From contig CAWJCS010000003.1 of assembly GCA_963841435.1 (NCBI GenBank), positions 640,001 to 704,000 of the forward strand: a stretch of 64,000 nucleotides of DNA, read 5' to 3'. The notes beneath the pieces were generated by a model. That model did no database searches. It saw only the letters and a program-made list of their open reading frames with translations, and was not told the DNA's origin. Source of the DNA: an uncultured delta proteobacterium (lineage in GTDB: Bacteria > Myxococcota_A > Polyangia > Polyangiales > Polyangiaceae). The position numbers and the translations under genes are program-made. How positions within the stretch are numbered: the stretch's first letter is position 1; every line of letters begins with the position of its first letter. This document shows positions 42,376-52,875 of this stretch, piece after piece.

Positions 42376-43566
42376 ATGAGGGCTCGAACAACGCTGATCG
42401 CACCCCTCGTGATGTGGGTCGCTGCCTGTAGCGAGAGCTCTGATCCGGGAGCTCCGGGGGGCAGCGGCGGCTCCATGAGCGCGGCGGGGGGTTCGACGAC
42501 CGCGGGCGCTCCGAGCGCGGGCGGCACGACGAGCGGCGGCGGTGGCTCGGCGAGCGGCTCGGCGGGTGCTGCGAGCGGCGCGTCCGGGTCGGGCGGCTCC
42601 GACACGGCGGGCGCGGGTGGCGCCGGAGCCGGTTCCTCCGGCGCGACCAGCGGCACGTCCGGGGGCGCGGGGACCGGCGGGACTCTCGGTGGATCGGGCA
42701 TGGGCGGCTCCGGGGTGGCCGGCTCGAGCGGCATGGGCGGCTCGACGGATGCCGGTGCCGGCGGCACGGCCGCGGGCGGCAGCGCTGGCGCGAGCGGCAA
42801 AGGTGGCAGTGGCGGCAACACGACCGCGTGCACGCGCGAGCTTTTGTCGAGCACGACGGACGCCTACTTCACGGCCCTCGCGGCGCACGACCCTTCGACG
42901 CTGCCACTGGCCGCCAACGCGAAGTTCACCGAAAACGGTGAGGTGCTCGACATCGGAACGGCCGGCCTCTGGCAAACCGCTGGGGCGCTGAAGTACAAGC
43001 ACAGCGCTCTCGATACCGAAGAGTGCAGTGCCATGAGCCAGGCCGTCGTCCCCGACGGAACCATGGACATCCCGTTCGCGCTCAGGCTCATAGTCGTCGC
43101 CGCGGAGATCACCGAGGTCGAAACCATCGCCGTCCGCCCTGGCGACTACTCGCTCGGGAGCTCCAGTACGTCGGCGCTGGCCTCGAGCGGCGACAGCGTC
43201 CATTGGGACGACCCGGTGCCCGCCGCCGACCGCAACACGCGCGAAGAAATCACCGCCTGGATGAACAAGTACTTTCGCCTGTTCCCGGCCGGCGTCTGCA
43301 ACACCACGAGCGCCTGCCGCCGCCTCGAAAACGGCGGCGGCAACTTCATGTGCACCGCTGGCGCGAGCTGCAGTCCCAACCAGCCGGGCCCAGGCGACAA
43401 CGAGCTCACGCCCCGTCTCATTTTCGCCGACGTCGAGAGTGGGCTCGGTGTCGGCCTCACGATGTTCCAGGGCAACACGGACATGCACATGTTCAAGATG
43501 TACGGGGGTCAGGTGCACGGCGTGAGCGCCGTCTTGGGCGGCGCCGGCAGCCCCGGGTGGCCGTAG
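42376..43566 (+). CDS. Lipoprotein: Gly/Ser linker plus uncharacterised (possibly tandem SnoaL/NTF2-like) domain
   Basis: Lipobox VAAC; YFTALAAHDPSTLPLAANAKFTENG...GLW; CRRLENG. Confidence 0.75.
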   Translation: MRARTTLIAPLVMWVAACSESSDPGAPGGSGGSMSAAGGSTTAGAPSAGGTTSGGGGSASGSAGAASGASGSGGSDTAGAGGAGAGSSGATSGTSGGAGTGGTLGGSGMGGSGVAGSSGMGGSTDAGAGGTAAGGSAGASGKGGSGGNTTACTRELLSSTTDAYFTALAAHDPSTLPLAANAKFTENGEVLDIGTAGLWQTAGALKYKHSALDTEECSAMSQAVVPDGTMDIPFALRLIVVAAEITEVETIAVRPGDYSLGSSSTSALASSGDSVHWDDPVPAADRNTREEITAWMNKYFRLFPAGVCNTTSACRRLENGGGNFMCTAGASCSPNQPGPGDNELTPRLIFADVESGLGVGLTMFQGNTDMHMFKMYGGQVHGVSAVLGGAGSPGWP

Positions 43567-43609
43567 CCGCGCGCCGCTCGCGCGTCACAGGCTCCGCGGC
43601 GAAGACGGG

Positions 43610-44224
43610 TCAACCCGTGGGGCGGCGCGGGGAGCCGAGGTAGGCTGCAATGCCGGGCCGAACCCGCACCCCGTCGAAGAAATCGCGAAGCCGTGGATAC
43701 CCGTCGAGGGAAGCGCCCTCGACCCACGTGAGCAGCGAGTCGAGCACGTCCCAGACGGCGATGTCGGCGTGGTTCAGCGTGTTGCCGCTGAACCAGTCTC
43801 CGCCGCCGTTCTCGCGGAGCAGCCGCTCGAAGGCCGGCAGCCAGCGCCGCTTCAAGGGTCCCTCGACGAACGCCTTCTGCAAGGAAGGGCCCTCGGGCCC
43901 GAACAGCTCGAAGTAGAGGATTCTGAGGTCCTCGGCACCGAGCACAATCGAATCGGCGCGAGCGCCGACTTCGAGCCCGCCTGGCACTCGGCCGTGCTGG
44001 CGCGCGAGGTAGCCGAGGATGGCCGGCCCCTGACTGAGGCGAAACGCACCGTCTTCGAGCATCGGCACCGATCCGAACGTGAAGTGTCCGGGGTCGCGGT
44101 CGTTCGTCTCGGCGAGCTCCCTACGCGTGATGAAAGCGTCCTCGTACTCGACGCCGAGCTCGTGAAGCAGCAACCGCACCTGCTCCGCGCGCCCGCGCTT
44201 GTTCCAGTAGATGAGTCGGACCAT
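43610..44224 (-). CDS. Glutathione S-transferase
   Basis: LIYWNKRGRAEQVRLLL, FGSVPMLEDG..LSQ. Confidence 0.9.
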   Translation of the reverse strand: MVRLIYWNKRGRAEQVRLLLHELGVEYEDAFITRRELAETNDRDPGHFTFGSVPMLEDGAFRLSQGPAILGYLARQHGRVPGGLEVGARADSIVLGAEDLRILYFELFGPEGPSLQKAFVEGPLKRRWLPAFERLLRENGGGDWFSGNTLNHADIAVWDVLDSLLTWVEGASLDGYPRLRDFFDGVRVRPGIAAYLGSPRRPTG

Positions 44225-44625
44225 GGCGAAACGACGCCACGCTACCCGATGTCCCTCCCCCAACCCAGCGGCCCGGCGCCGCGAGCTCCGAAGTCACGTC
44301 GCGAAGCATCCCGAGGGGGCACGCGAGCGAGGGGACAAGGCGAGCGAGCGGCCCGCGCCTCGAGTCGAATTGTGACAGCGAAGGACATTTCCGCGCTCAG
44401 CACCCGACGGACACGTCGCAGCGCCCGGGCGTCGCGCTGACGCGCGACGGCCGCGCCCTCAGATGCCCCGCGACGTTGGAAAGGTGAGCAGGTAAATGGC
44501 TCGTTCCTACTCTTAACCTACGCGGCCCATTAATCCGTACGCTACCAGTCTGCCAAGGTCTCGTGGCTCACCCTCCTGGCTTGCTGTGGGGCCGGCACGA
44601 TGACCGGAATCGAGAGCTTGGAACC

Positions 44626-45852
44626 ATGACCGACTCGCGCACACCCATCTTGCTCGGCGCCGTGGCCTTGATGGCCCTCGCCTGCTCTTCCGACGGTACG
44701 AGCGACACGATCCCCATTGGCACGGGGGGCGGCGGAGCGGTGGGCGGATCCGGTGGCCAATCAGCCGGCGCGAGCGGAAGCGGAGCGCTCGGCGGCGCCG
44801 GTGCGACGGGTGGTGCCGGGACCGGCGGTCAGGCCGGTGCCACGACGGGCGGCGCGAGCGGCACGGGTGGCACGGGCGGCTCGCTGGCGGGCGGCGGCGG
44901 TTCGTCCGGCACCGCGGGTGGCGCGGGCGGCGCGGGCGCCGGCGGCGCGGGCGCGGGCGGCACAGCGGGAGGCGGTGCCTCGGGTGCTGCGGGAAGCGCG
45001 GGTGACGCCGGCTCGACGTCGGGTGGCTCGAGCGGACAGGGCGGTGCTTCGGGCGCCGGGGCGGGCGGCGGCGCGGGTGCTGGGTCGGGCGGCGGCTCGT
45101 CCAATCCCGTCCCGAGCGCCGGGTGCGGGAAATCGGGGCGGCCGAGCGGTGGCGTCGTCACCGTCAGCAACCAGCACATCTACACGTTCCCGACGAGCTA
45201 CGACGGGACGACGCCCTACCCGTTGCTCGTCGGTATGCACGCTGCCGGCAACCCCATCGACGAGATCAAGACGCTGACGGACGGCTCCGACATCGACAAG
45301 AACTACGTCCGCGCCTTCCCGAAGAGCGCGGGCAACGAGTGGGTCTACAACACGGATCTGAGCAAGGTTCTCAGTATGTACGACGAGCTCGTCTCGACGT
45401 ACTGCATCGACACGAGCCGGGTGTTTGCCACCGGTCACAGCTCGGGTGCCCAGATGATCGTTCAGATCCTGACGCACGCCGACTCCGCCATGCACATGGG
45501 CTTCAAGGCCGTCGCGCCCGTGGCGGCCTCGGACTACGGCGCACTCGTCGTCCCGATGCCCGTCATGTACATCCAGGGCAAGAACGATTCGGTCCGAAAC
45601 AGCGACGGCCACGAGACCGTCGCCCGCTTCACGAAAGCCAACACCTGCGGGACGACGACCATGCCGTACACGCTGGTGCCGGCGTGCATGAGCAGCGGCA
45701 TGTCGGTCAACGCGGGCTGCATCAGCTACGACGGCTGCACGGTGCCGACGGTCTGGTGCGCGCACAACGACCCCGCCTACAGCGGCACGAGCCACGGCTG
45801 GCCGTGTTTCGCCACGAAGGCAATGTACGACTTCTTCGAGGCGCTCCCTTGA
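44626..45852 (+). CDS. CE1/LpqC-like (feruloyl esterase-like) alpha/beta hydrolase lipoprotein
   Basis: Lipobox LAC; PSAGCGK, YCIDTSRVFATGHSSGA, IQGKND, HGWP. Confidence 0.85.
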   Translation: MTDSRTPILLGAVALMALACSSDGTSDTIPIGTGGGGAVGGSGGQSAGASGSGALGGAGATGGAGTGGQAGATTGGASGTGGTGGSLAGGGGSSGTAGGAGGAGAGGAGAGGTAGGGASGAAGSAGDAGSTSGGSSGQGGASGAGAGGGAGAGSGGGSSNPVPSAGCGKSGRPSGGVVTVSNQHIYTFPTSYDGTTPYPLLVGMHAAGNPIDEIKTLTDGSDIDKNYVRAFPKSAGNEWVYNTDLSKVLSMYDELVSTYCIDTSRVFATGHSSGAQMIVQILTHADSAMHMGFKAVAPVAASDYGALVVPMPVMYIQGKNDSVRNSDGHETVARFTKANTCGTTTMPYTLVPACMSSGMSVNAGCISYDGCTVPTVWCAHNDPAYSGTSHGWPCFATKAMYDFFEALP

Positions 45853-46062
45853 TGGGCCATAGAGGCGCGAGCCCCTCGTCGCCCTGAAAGCTCCCGGCAG
45901 GCCGTGCAGAATCCGCCGAGAGGAAAATCGAGCCAGCGAGGGAGTAAGCAATTTCACCCAGTCGCGTGACCTTTGGGGGAGGGAATTGACCGTGCGAACA
46001 CCTGCATACGCGCGAGCCGGACCGGGCTGATGAAGGGCCGACCTTCGGCTAGGCTCAGCCGG

Positions 46063-47668
46063 ATGGGTGGCGTGGGAATGCTCCGGCTCTTGATGGTGGG
46101 GCCAGTGCTCGCCATCTGCTGCTCCGTCCCCCCCTACAGCTTCGTTTCCCACGACGAGGAGAGCTGCAGCGACGGAATGCTCACTGGCTCGGAGAGCGAC
46201 ATCGACTGTGGGGGCCCATGCGACCCGTGTGAAAACGGTAGGATCTGCGACCGAGACACGGACTGCGTGGTCGCGAGCTGCGTCGATCGCATCTGCCAGG
46301 CGGCACACTGTGTCGATCAGATGCTCGGTGACGGGGAGACCGACGTCGATTGCGGAGGAACGGAGTGCCAGCGCTGCGGCGTGCGACAGGTTTGCGACAT
46401 CGCGTCGGATTGCACGAGCAACTCGTGCGTGATGAGCGAGTGCGTCGCCACCGGATGCGACGACGAGAAGGTGAGCGGCAGCGAGACGGACCTGAACTGC
46501 GGTGGCGGCACCTGTCCCCCGTGCCACATCGGCATGCGCTGTGAGCTCGGCGGCGACTGCTCCACGGGCATCTGTCTCGACGGCATCTGCAGCACCGAGT
46601 CGTGCGGCAACACGCTGCGCGACGCCGACGAAGAGGGCGTCGATTGCGGGGGGAACTGCCCGAAACCCTGCGACGCCGAGGCGAAGTGCTCGAACGACGA
46701 GCAGACCGAGGCCGAGACGGACATCGACTGCGGGGGCGGCACCTGCCCGCGCTGTGCGGACGGCAAGCATTGCCTGCTGGATGCAGACTGCGCCGGCAAC
46801 GTCTGCGACGACGGCACGTGCACGGCGCCTTGCATGGGCAGCGACTGCGGCACGGGCGGCACGGCGGGCATGGGCGGTATGTCAGGCGATGGCGGGACGG
46901 GTGGAAGCGCGGGCGCCATGGGCGGTGCAGGTGCCGGGGGTGTTCTCGGCGATGGTGGCACGTCCGCTTCCGGTGGCGTCGAGCAAGGGGGGGCGGGTGT
47001 TGGCGGGGATCTCGGCAGTGGCGGCATCGCTGGCGCGGTCGGCGGCGCCGGTCAGGGTGGCGCAGGCATGGGTGGTAGCGCGGGAGCGGGCGCCGGAAGC
47101 GGCGGAGCGGGCGCGGGTGGCATGCCCATGCTCCCGGCTCCGACCTGTTCGGGATGCGCGCGCCTCGAGGTGCCCCTCGCCTCGCCGACCGACAAGGCAA
47201 ACTACGTCATCAATCTGCAGAACACCGTGAGCTTTGCGTCAGCCACGATGACGATGCGCGTCTACCGGGAAGCGGGCACGGGCGGAGAGTTCAAAGGCTA
47301 CGTGCAACACAGCGGCTCGCCGGACTACCAGCAGCTCTTCCAGACCACGGCGGTCCCGCTCGGCTCGATCGGCGGCTGGCAGATGGTCACCTGGGACATC
47401 GGTGCCGAGCCGGGAGGCTACGACAAGACGATCGTCGGGAGAGTGGGCGTCCAGGTCACGGGCGCTGGCTCGACGAGCTGGCTCAACCCGACCATCATCT
47501 ACGTCGAACTCGATCACGGTGAGCGGCGTCAACGCCGGACCCTGGAGGTTCGACGCGAGCAGCTCGATCGTCACGACCCTGACGACGAGCGCTTCGGCGG
47601 GCGTGCTTTTCTGCAACTCCGGCGACAGCCCCGTCTCCGGCTCGGCCGTGAGCTGGTACTCCCGCTGA
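46063..47668 (+). CDS. Cys-rich repeat surface protein with Gly linker and CBM-like C-terminus; frameshift at ~47507
   Basis: Five E.D.(D/N)CGG..C repeats; YVDSITV restored by removing one A. Confidence 0.75.
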
Positions 47669-47692
47669 ACAGCCGCGCGGACCGCCTCCACC

Positions 47693-48372
47693 TTGGACCT
47701 TCGTTGGGCCCGCGGGCTCAACGCGCTGGAGAAGGCGGCGTGGGCGCCTCCCCGTCTTCACGGGTCGGCGGCGCCCGCGACAAGGTTGCGCTTTTGCCCA
47801 CCGGGGGGCCTTGACAACCTGGTCCGGAAGACCGAGCTCGAGGCGCGAGAGCAGCGTCAGGCGGAGCTCCTTCGCGCGCACACCGGCCACCAGATCGTCG
47901 AGATCATCATGTTCGTCAGCTCCGAGAGCGGGGGTGACGTACTCTTCATCTACCGCAGAGGGGAGAACTTGCAGCGGGCTGGCACCCGCTTTCTGTTCGG
48001 GACTTCCGACATCGACAAGGAGTTCGCTCGACTGTTGCTCGAAGCGACCGACTTCGCCGGGGCCCGCTGCCTGCCCGTCGGCTGTCGCTCACCCGCCGTC
48101 AACGACTGAGCGCGGGCGAGCAGCCGAGTTCGAGCCGCAGGGCAACGCCGTGCGTCTCCGCATGCAAGCTTTCTCGCGACGCGAGATCCGCGTCGCTCGC
48201 GACGAGAAGGGCGTCTTTCGGCCCACGCTGACGATCGCCGGCCAGCCCGCGACGCTCGAGAAGATCTTCGTGGCCACCGACGAGCACGGTCCGAAGCCGA
48301 GCGTCCGATACGTCGAGCTGGCTGGCATCGGGGGTCGAGCAAGAAGCGCGTCGTGGAGCGCATCACGCCCTA
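47693..48372 (+). pseudogene. Mosaic/degraded region including a DUF4833-like fragment
   Basis: GLNALEKAAW and LRMQAFSRREIRV...TIAGQPATLEKIFV...PSVRYVELAG in different frames. Confidence 0.4.
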
Positions 48373-48394
48373 AAGCGCGGTCCGACTCGTCGGC

Positions 48395-48829
48395 TCACCC
48401 TCCTCGAGCGAAATTCTCGGCGGCGATGCCCATCCCCGGCGCCTTGTCGGCGTGGTGGTGGATGAGCTTCCACGTGCCGTCGACGCGACGCAGGACGTTG
48501 GTGCACGCCAGCGTTTCCCCACCGAACGAAGGCGAGCTCGTGAAGATGCACGTCGTGTAGGCGAAGTCGCCGTAGACGTGCGCCCTCAGGTCCCGCACCT
48601 TGCTGCCGCCGCGCTCCGGCCGCCCGAGCGACGCGAAGATCTCGAAACCGACGACAATCTCGTCCCAGCCCTGAGACCACTCGCCGCTCGGGTGCCCGCC
48701 GGTGACCAGCGCGCTGTGCTCCCACGCGTCTCTGATCTTTTCGAGACCCCTGCCCGAGGCCATGTCGTCGATGCCGTCATAAAACTGCTGGGCTTTCGCG
48801 CAGACCTCTTCTTCAACCGTCATGCTCAT
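48395..48829 (-). CDS. SnoaL/NTF2-like domain protein
   Basis: HPSG..SQGWDEI; TNVLRRVDGTWKLIHHHA; AGGAG RBS. Confidence 0.85.
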   Translation of the reverse strand: MSMTVEEEVCAKAQQFYDGIDDMASGRGLEKIRDAWEHSALVTGGHPSGEWSQGWDEIVVGFEIFASLGRPERGGSKVRDLRAHVYGDFAYTTCIFTSSPSFGGETLACTNVLRRVDGTWKLIHHHADKAPGMGIAAENFARGG

Positions 48830-48858
48830 CTCCTCCTTTTGCCCTTCTCATACTTTGC

Positions 48859-49239
48859 CTAGGCGCGCCGACCCGAGTTTCCCCCGTCCCCAATCCATTC
48901 GACTCGGGCTCCCGCCGCACTCTCGGATGCAATCCTGACGAGCTGAAGCTTGGTGAGGGGGTTCGTCGTCACGACCGAGGTCTGGGATATTCCGAGAGCT
49001 TCGAGGGAACGCAAAAGGAGGGCAAATGCCTCCTGACCCTGCTCACGCATGGGCTTGAGGCCGCTCATGTCGATGGCGAGCGTGGCTCCTCGCGGTTGGC
49101 TCCTGCACGCGTTAACGACCGCGCTCGCAAAGGCGGATGCCACCTCGACGCTCCAGAAACCCCAACCGGTCACCCGGACGTTGCCGACAAAAGGAGCGTC
49201 CACCGAGAAGCCTGCATTTTCATCTCCCACGCGGAGCAT
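48859..49239 (-). CDS. Small STAS/SpoIIAA-like hypothetical protein
   Basis: VTGWGFW, LAIDMSGLKP, LTKLQLVRI pattern. Confidence 0.6.
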   Translation of the reverse strand: MLRVGDENAGFSVDAPFVGNVRVTGWGFWSVEVASAFASAVVNACRSQPRGATLAIDMSGLKPMREQGQEAFALLLRSLEALGISQTSVVTTNPLTKLQLVRIASESAAGARVEWIGDGGNSGRRA

Positions 49240-49519
49240 CCGACCTGTTTGTGCACCCGCGGAGGCAATATTGCCAAGGTCATTCGCGCTGATGGGTACT
49301 TTTTATTCGACGCCAACTCGCTCGCTCGGCGACGAAGACACGGCTACCCACACTCACCCATGGCGCCCGACATCACGCTCGCGCGTTCTCGAGTCAACCT
49401 CGCGATCAACCGGGGCGGCGCGTCCCGCCAAGGGAGGCCACGAACGCCGATGGCCGGGGATTTCGCCGACGAGTGGCGCGAATTCTCGGCGGCTCCTCGG
49501 CGTGCTAAAATGGGCGGTG

Positions 49520-50353
49520 ATGCTCGTGAGCCGATTGCCCCTGCTCTGGGCCTTCGCGGGCGGCTGCGTCCTCAGCGCGGCGCTCATCAGCGCCTTTCAC
49601 GGCGGCACGGGGACACGCTCGACTGACGCCCGAGGCGCGCGCGAGACGGAGCCGCGCCAGGAGCCGGCCCTGGCGTACCGCGTGGAGAGGCACCACGAGG
49701 TCGCCGCGAAGGAGCGGTCCGCCTCGGAGGAGGACAGCGCGCCCCAGGCGGAGCCGGGTAGCTCCGTTGCCAACGTCCTGACCCGTCTGGAAGCCGCCTA
49801 CCGTGCGGGGCTCGGAGCGGCCGGCCCGGACGCCGCGCCGATGAACGCCCGCCAGGAGCCGACGCCGCCCGACCCGCCGCAACAGGCCGCCGAGACGGTG
49901 CCCGCTGCACCGACGGCGACCACGACGCTCGCCGAGGCCGCGCCCGAGGAGGCTCCCGCTCACGAGGAGACCGCCGTTGTCCTCGCGGCCGCCGCGCCAC
50001 CGACGACGCCCGCTCCTTCGCCCGCCGGACACTCCGTGCCCGCGCCAGCAACCGATGCGCCACGAGCGCTCGCTTCCCTCGACGACGTGCGGCCCCGCGA
50101 CATCCACATCGGTGACGTCCAACAGAACAACTACGCCGGCGACGTTCACCAGGGTGACGTGTACGTGGTCCAGCAGCTCGCCGTCCTTCAATACGTCGAG
50201 CTCGCCGCACCGTCACCCAGCGGGCGACTCCATTCCCGGGGCAACAGACTTCCTGGCTGGAACACGCGCCGCGCGCCCCTCTTCGCTACGTCGCTGACCA
50301 ACCCGGACAATCCCTGGGGCTTCGATTTTCCTCCGACCGTCCTCGCCAAGTAG
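49520..50353 (+). CDS. Membrane-anchored Pro/Ala-rich hypothetical protein
   Basis: N-terminal TM helix, low-complexity body. Confidence 0.55.
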   Translation: MLVSRLPLLWAFAGGCVLSAALISAFHGGTGTRSTDARGARETEPRQEPALAYRVERHHEVAAKERSASEEDSAPQAEPGSSVANVLTRLEAAYRAGLGAAGPDAAPMNARQEPTPPDPPQQAAETVPAAPTATTTLAEAAPEEAPAHEETAVVLAAAAPPTTPAPSPAGHSVPAPATDAPRALASLDDVRPRDIHIGDVQQNNYAGDVHQGDVYVVQQLAVLQYVELAAPSPSGRLHSRGNRLPGWNTRRAPLFATSLTNPDNPWGFDFPPTVLAK

Positions 50354-50405
50354 GTAGCGCGAGCGCTTCGCTCGGTGAGCACGCCGAAAGAACGGCAAGG
50401 GAGTG

Positions 50406-51497
50406 CTAGTAGCGCGGGACCTTGACCCAAATGTTCCGGAAGCGGACCGGGTTTCGATGGTCTTGCAGCATGAGCGGCTTCGGGCCTGGGCCGTCCGCCT
50501 CTCCGGCCTGGGTCGCGCCACCCGGCGGATCGAGCTCCACGTCGTTCTGAACGAGCTCGCCGTTCAGGGTCGCCGAGACGACGACGGCGTTGTCGGTCTT
50601 CGTGTTTCCCTGCCACACCGAAGACTTGAACTCGATCTCGTAAGTATTGAAAACGAGCTCCGGATTGCAGGCGACCACCAGCGGCGCGGAGATCCCGTAC
50701 ACGGCACCGCAGGTGTTGATGTCGGCGGGCTGACCCACCGAATCGAGAACTTGCAGCTCGTACGCGCTTTTCAGGTAGACGCCGCTGTTGCCGCGGTCCT
50801 GGCCCGTCACGCTCGGGGGATAGCTCGGCGTCATGTACTCGAGGTGTACACACAGGTCCTCGAAGGTCATCACCGTGTGAACGTTGGTGGGTGGCTCCAC
50901 GGGGACGACCTCCATGGTGCCGTCGCCCACGAGCTTCCACTGGCACGGGCCGTCGGTCGCTGCGTTTCGCCACGCGTCGAGGCTCGTTCCGTCGAACAGT
51001 ACGATGCGACCGTCGGGGCTCTCGAAGTCGCATCCGGTAACGGGCGGACCGCCGCCCGCTCCGCCCGAATTCGACGTTCCCGCCGCCCCCGACGATGCTC
51101 CACCCGCGCCCGCGTTCGTGACACCCGCGGTACCGGCCGAGCCTCCCGCTCCGCCTCCTGCTCCCGACATCGCACCCGCCGTGCCGGCACCCGCTGCGCC
51201 GCCGGACGGAGCCGCGCCTCCCGAAGCGGTACCGCCCGTCGTCGCGCCGGCCGAGCCCGCCATCGGCATGCCGCTGGACCCGCCTGACCCCGCGGAGGTC
51301 GACCCGCCGAGCGCATCGCTGCCGGACGCCCCGAAGGCGGCGGAGCCGGCGACCCCTGCCGCGGCGAACGTTCCGCCCGTCATCGCGCCCGCGGCGCCGG
51401 ACGCGGCTCCGCCGCCTTTCGGCGCATTCGAGCCACCGGATCCGCAAGCACCGATGATGCTCGCGGCAACGCCGAGCACGAAGGCGGCACGGCTCAT
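50406..51497 (-). CDS. DUF1080 (3-keto-glycoside processing family) lipoprotein
   Basis: Lipobox IGAC; LFDGTSLDAW, GNSGVYL, YELQVLDS, LQDHRNPVRFRNIWV. Confidence 0.88.
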   Translation of the reverse strand: MSRAAFVLGVAASIIGACGSGGSNAPKGGGAASGAAGAMTGGTFAAAGVAGSAAFGASGSDALGGSTSAGSGGSSGMPMAGSAGATTGGTASGGAAPSGGAAGAGTAGAMSGAGGGAGGSAGTAGVTNAGAGGASSGAAGTSNSGGAGGGPPVTGCDFESPDGRIVLFDGTSLDAWRNAATDGPCQWKLVGDGTMEVVPVEPPTNVHTVMTFEDLCVHLEYMTPSYPPSVTGQDRGNSGVYLKSAYELQVLDSVGQPADINTCGAVYGISAPLVVACNPELVFNTYEIEFKSSVWQGNTKTDNAVVVSATLNGELVQNDVELDPPGGATQAGEADGPGPKPLMLQDHRNPVRFRNIWVKVPRY

Positions 51498-52768
51498 GGA
51501 AGCACCTGGATGCGCACGTTGCGATAGAAGACCTCGGCGTGCTCGGCCTGGAGCGCGATGGGCCCGGAGGTGACCGGCGCGCCCGCGGAGCCGGACCAAT
51601 CGTTGACGCTCAGCACCTTGTTCACGACGTGACCGTTGACGATGTATACGGCAGTGCCGAGGTCGACATCGAGCTCGATCGTGTTCCAGTCGGCAACCTC
51701 GAAGCTCTCGCTCCGGCCGTGCTGCACGTAGCCGTTCGCACCGTCGACGACCTTCGGGGTTCCGCCGTCGGCGGCGTCGACGAACGTCGTGCCGCCATTT
51801 CGTGCCGTCAACGTGCAGCGCGCGTAGAGCGCGAAGATGTCGCCCACCGTGCCGTCCTTGATCTGAAATTCGATCGACGACGGCCAGACCTGGGTCTCGT
51901 CGGCGTGGAGGTGCCAGAGCACGCCAGCGTCACGCGGATAGCGAGCCAGGTCGGTATACGGCGCGAATTTCTTCGTGCCCCAGCGGTAATCGAGCCAGAA
52001 GCGGTAGCGCGTGTACGAGGCGTCGCTCACGAGCGTGTGGCGGGCCTGCGTCGACTGATCGGGCGCATCGCCGTAGACCCGGATGGCACCGTCCTCGGGC
52101 TTGAAGATCGCTTCGGCCTCGGTCGTGGTGAGCTTCGTGCCGGGCGAGGTCGCCTGCGTCTCCCGGTACGCCGTCCAACCGTCGAGGTCCGTGCCATCGA
52201 ACAGATCGACGATGGGCGGCTCGCTCGAGGTGCCACCCGCTGCCGCCCCCGCCGCCCCAGAGCCAGCGCCCGCCGCGCCGCCTGCAACCCCCGCCGTGCC
52301 GCCGCTGGCTGCGGCCCCCGCAACGCCCGCAGCGCCTCCGGACGGCCCCGAGCCCGAGGCGCCTCCGGTTCCGCCGCCCGCCATGCCGGCATTCGCGAAA
52401 CCGCCCGTCCCCGGGCCAGCAGCAGCCGCACCGCCCACGCCACCGCTGGGCGCGTTGCCTGAACCGCTCGAGCCCTTGCCGCCGACACCTGCGCTGCCCG
52501 TCGCGCCACCTCCTGCCGTGCCACCGCCGGCCGACCCTCCGGTGCCACCGCCTCCGAGTCCGCTCCCACTACTCGAGAAGCCCCCGCCGGGGGCCGTGCC
52601 TCCCGTCGCCTGCGACGAGCTGCCTGCATCCGAGCAGCCCCCAAGCAAACAAGCGACCGAGCCGAGCGTCAGTGCAGCGCGAAGCAGCCCGGGGGCTTGC
52701 GCCGAGCCGGGGGGCCGCACGAGGCGCCGAGCCGGGCAACCACGCGAAAAATCGGTCGTGAACAGCAT
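51494..52768 (-). CDS. DUF1080 lipoprotein (second, tandem)
   Basis: LLGGC; LFDGTDLDGW, RDAGV, IEFQI, IALQAEHAEVFYRNV; start uncertain. Confidence 0.85.
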   Translation of the reverse strand: MLFTTDFSRGCPARRLVRPPGSAQAPGLLRAALTLGSVACLLGGCSDAGSSSQATGGTAPGGGFSSSGSGLGGGGTGGSAGGGTAGGGATGSAGVGGKGSSGSGNAPSGGVGGAAAAGPGTGGFANAGMAGGGTGGASGSGPSGGAAGVAGAAASGGTAGVAGGAAGAGSGAAGAAAGGTSSEPPIVDLFDGTDLDGWTAYRETQATSPGTKLTTTEAEAIFKPEDGAIRVYGDAPDQSTQARHTLVSDASYTRYRFWLDYRWGTKKFAPYTDLARYPRDAGVLWHLHADETQVWPSSIEFQIKDGTVGDIFALYARCTLTARNGGTTFVDAADGGTPKVVDGANGYVQHGRSESFEVADWNTIELDVDLGTAVYIVNGHVVNKVLSVNDWSGSAGAPVTSGPIALQAEHAEVFYRNVRIQVLP

Positions 52769-52875
52769 GAGTCCGTGGGCACTTCGCCGTGCCGCCGTCC
52801 ATCTCGTTGCCTCGGGAAGCCAGAACCGGGCACGACACGGTCCCGAAGGCCCTCTCCTCTTGCTTCCGAGCCGGC

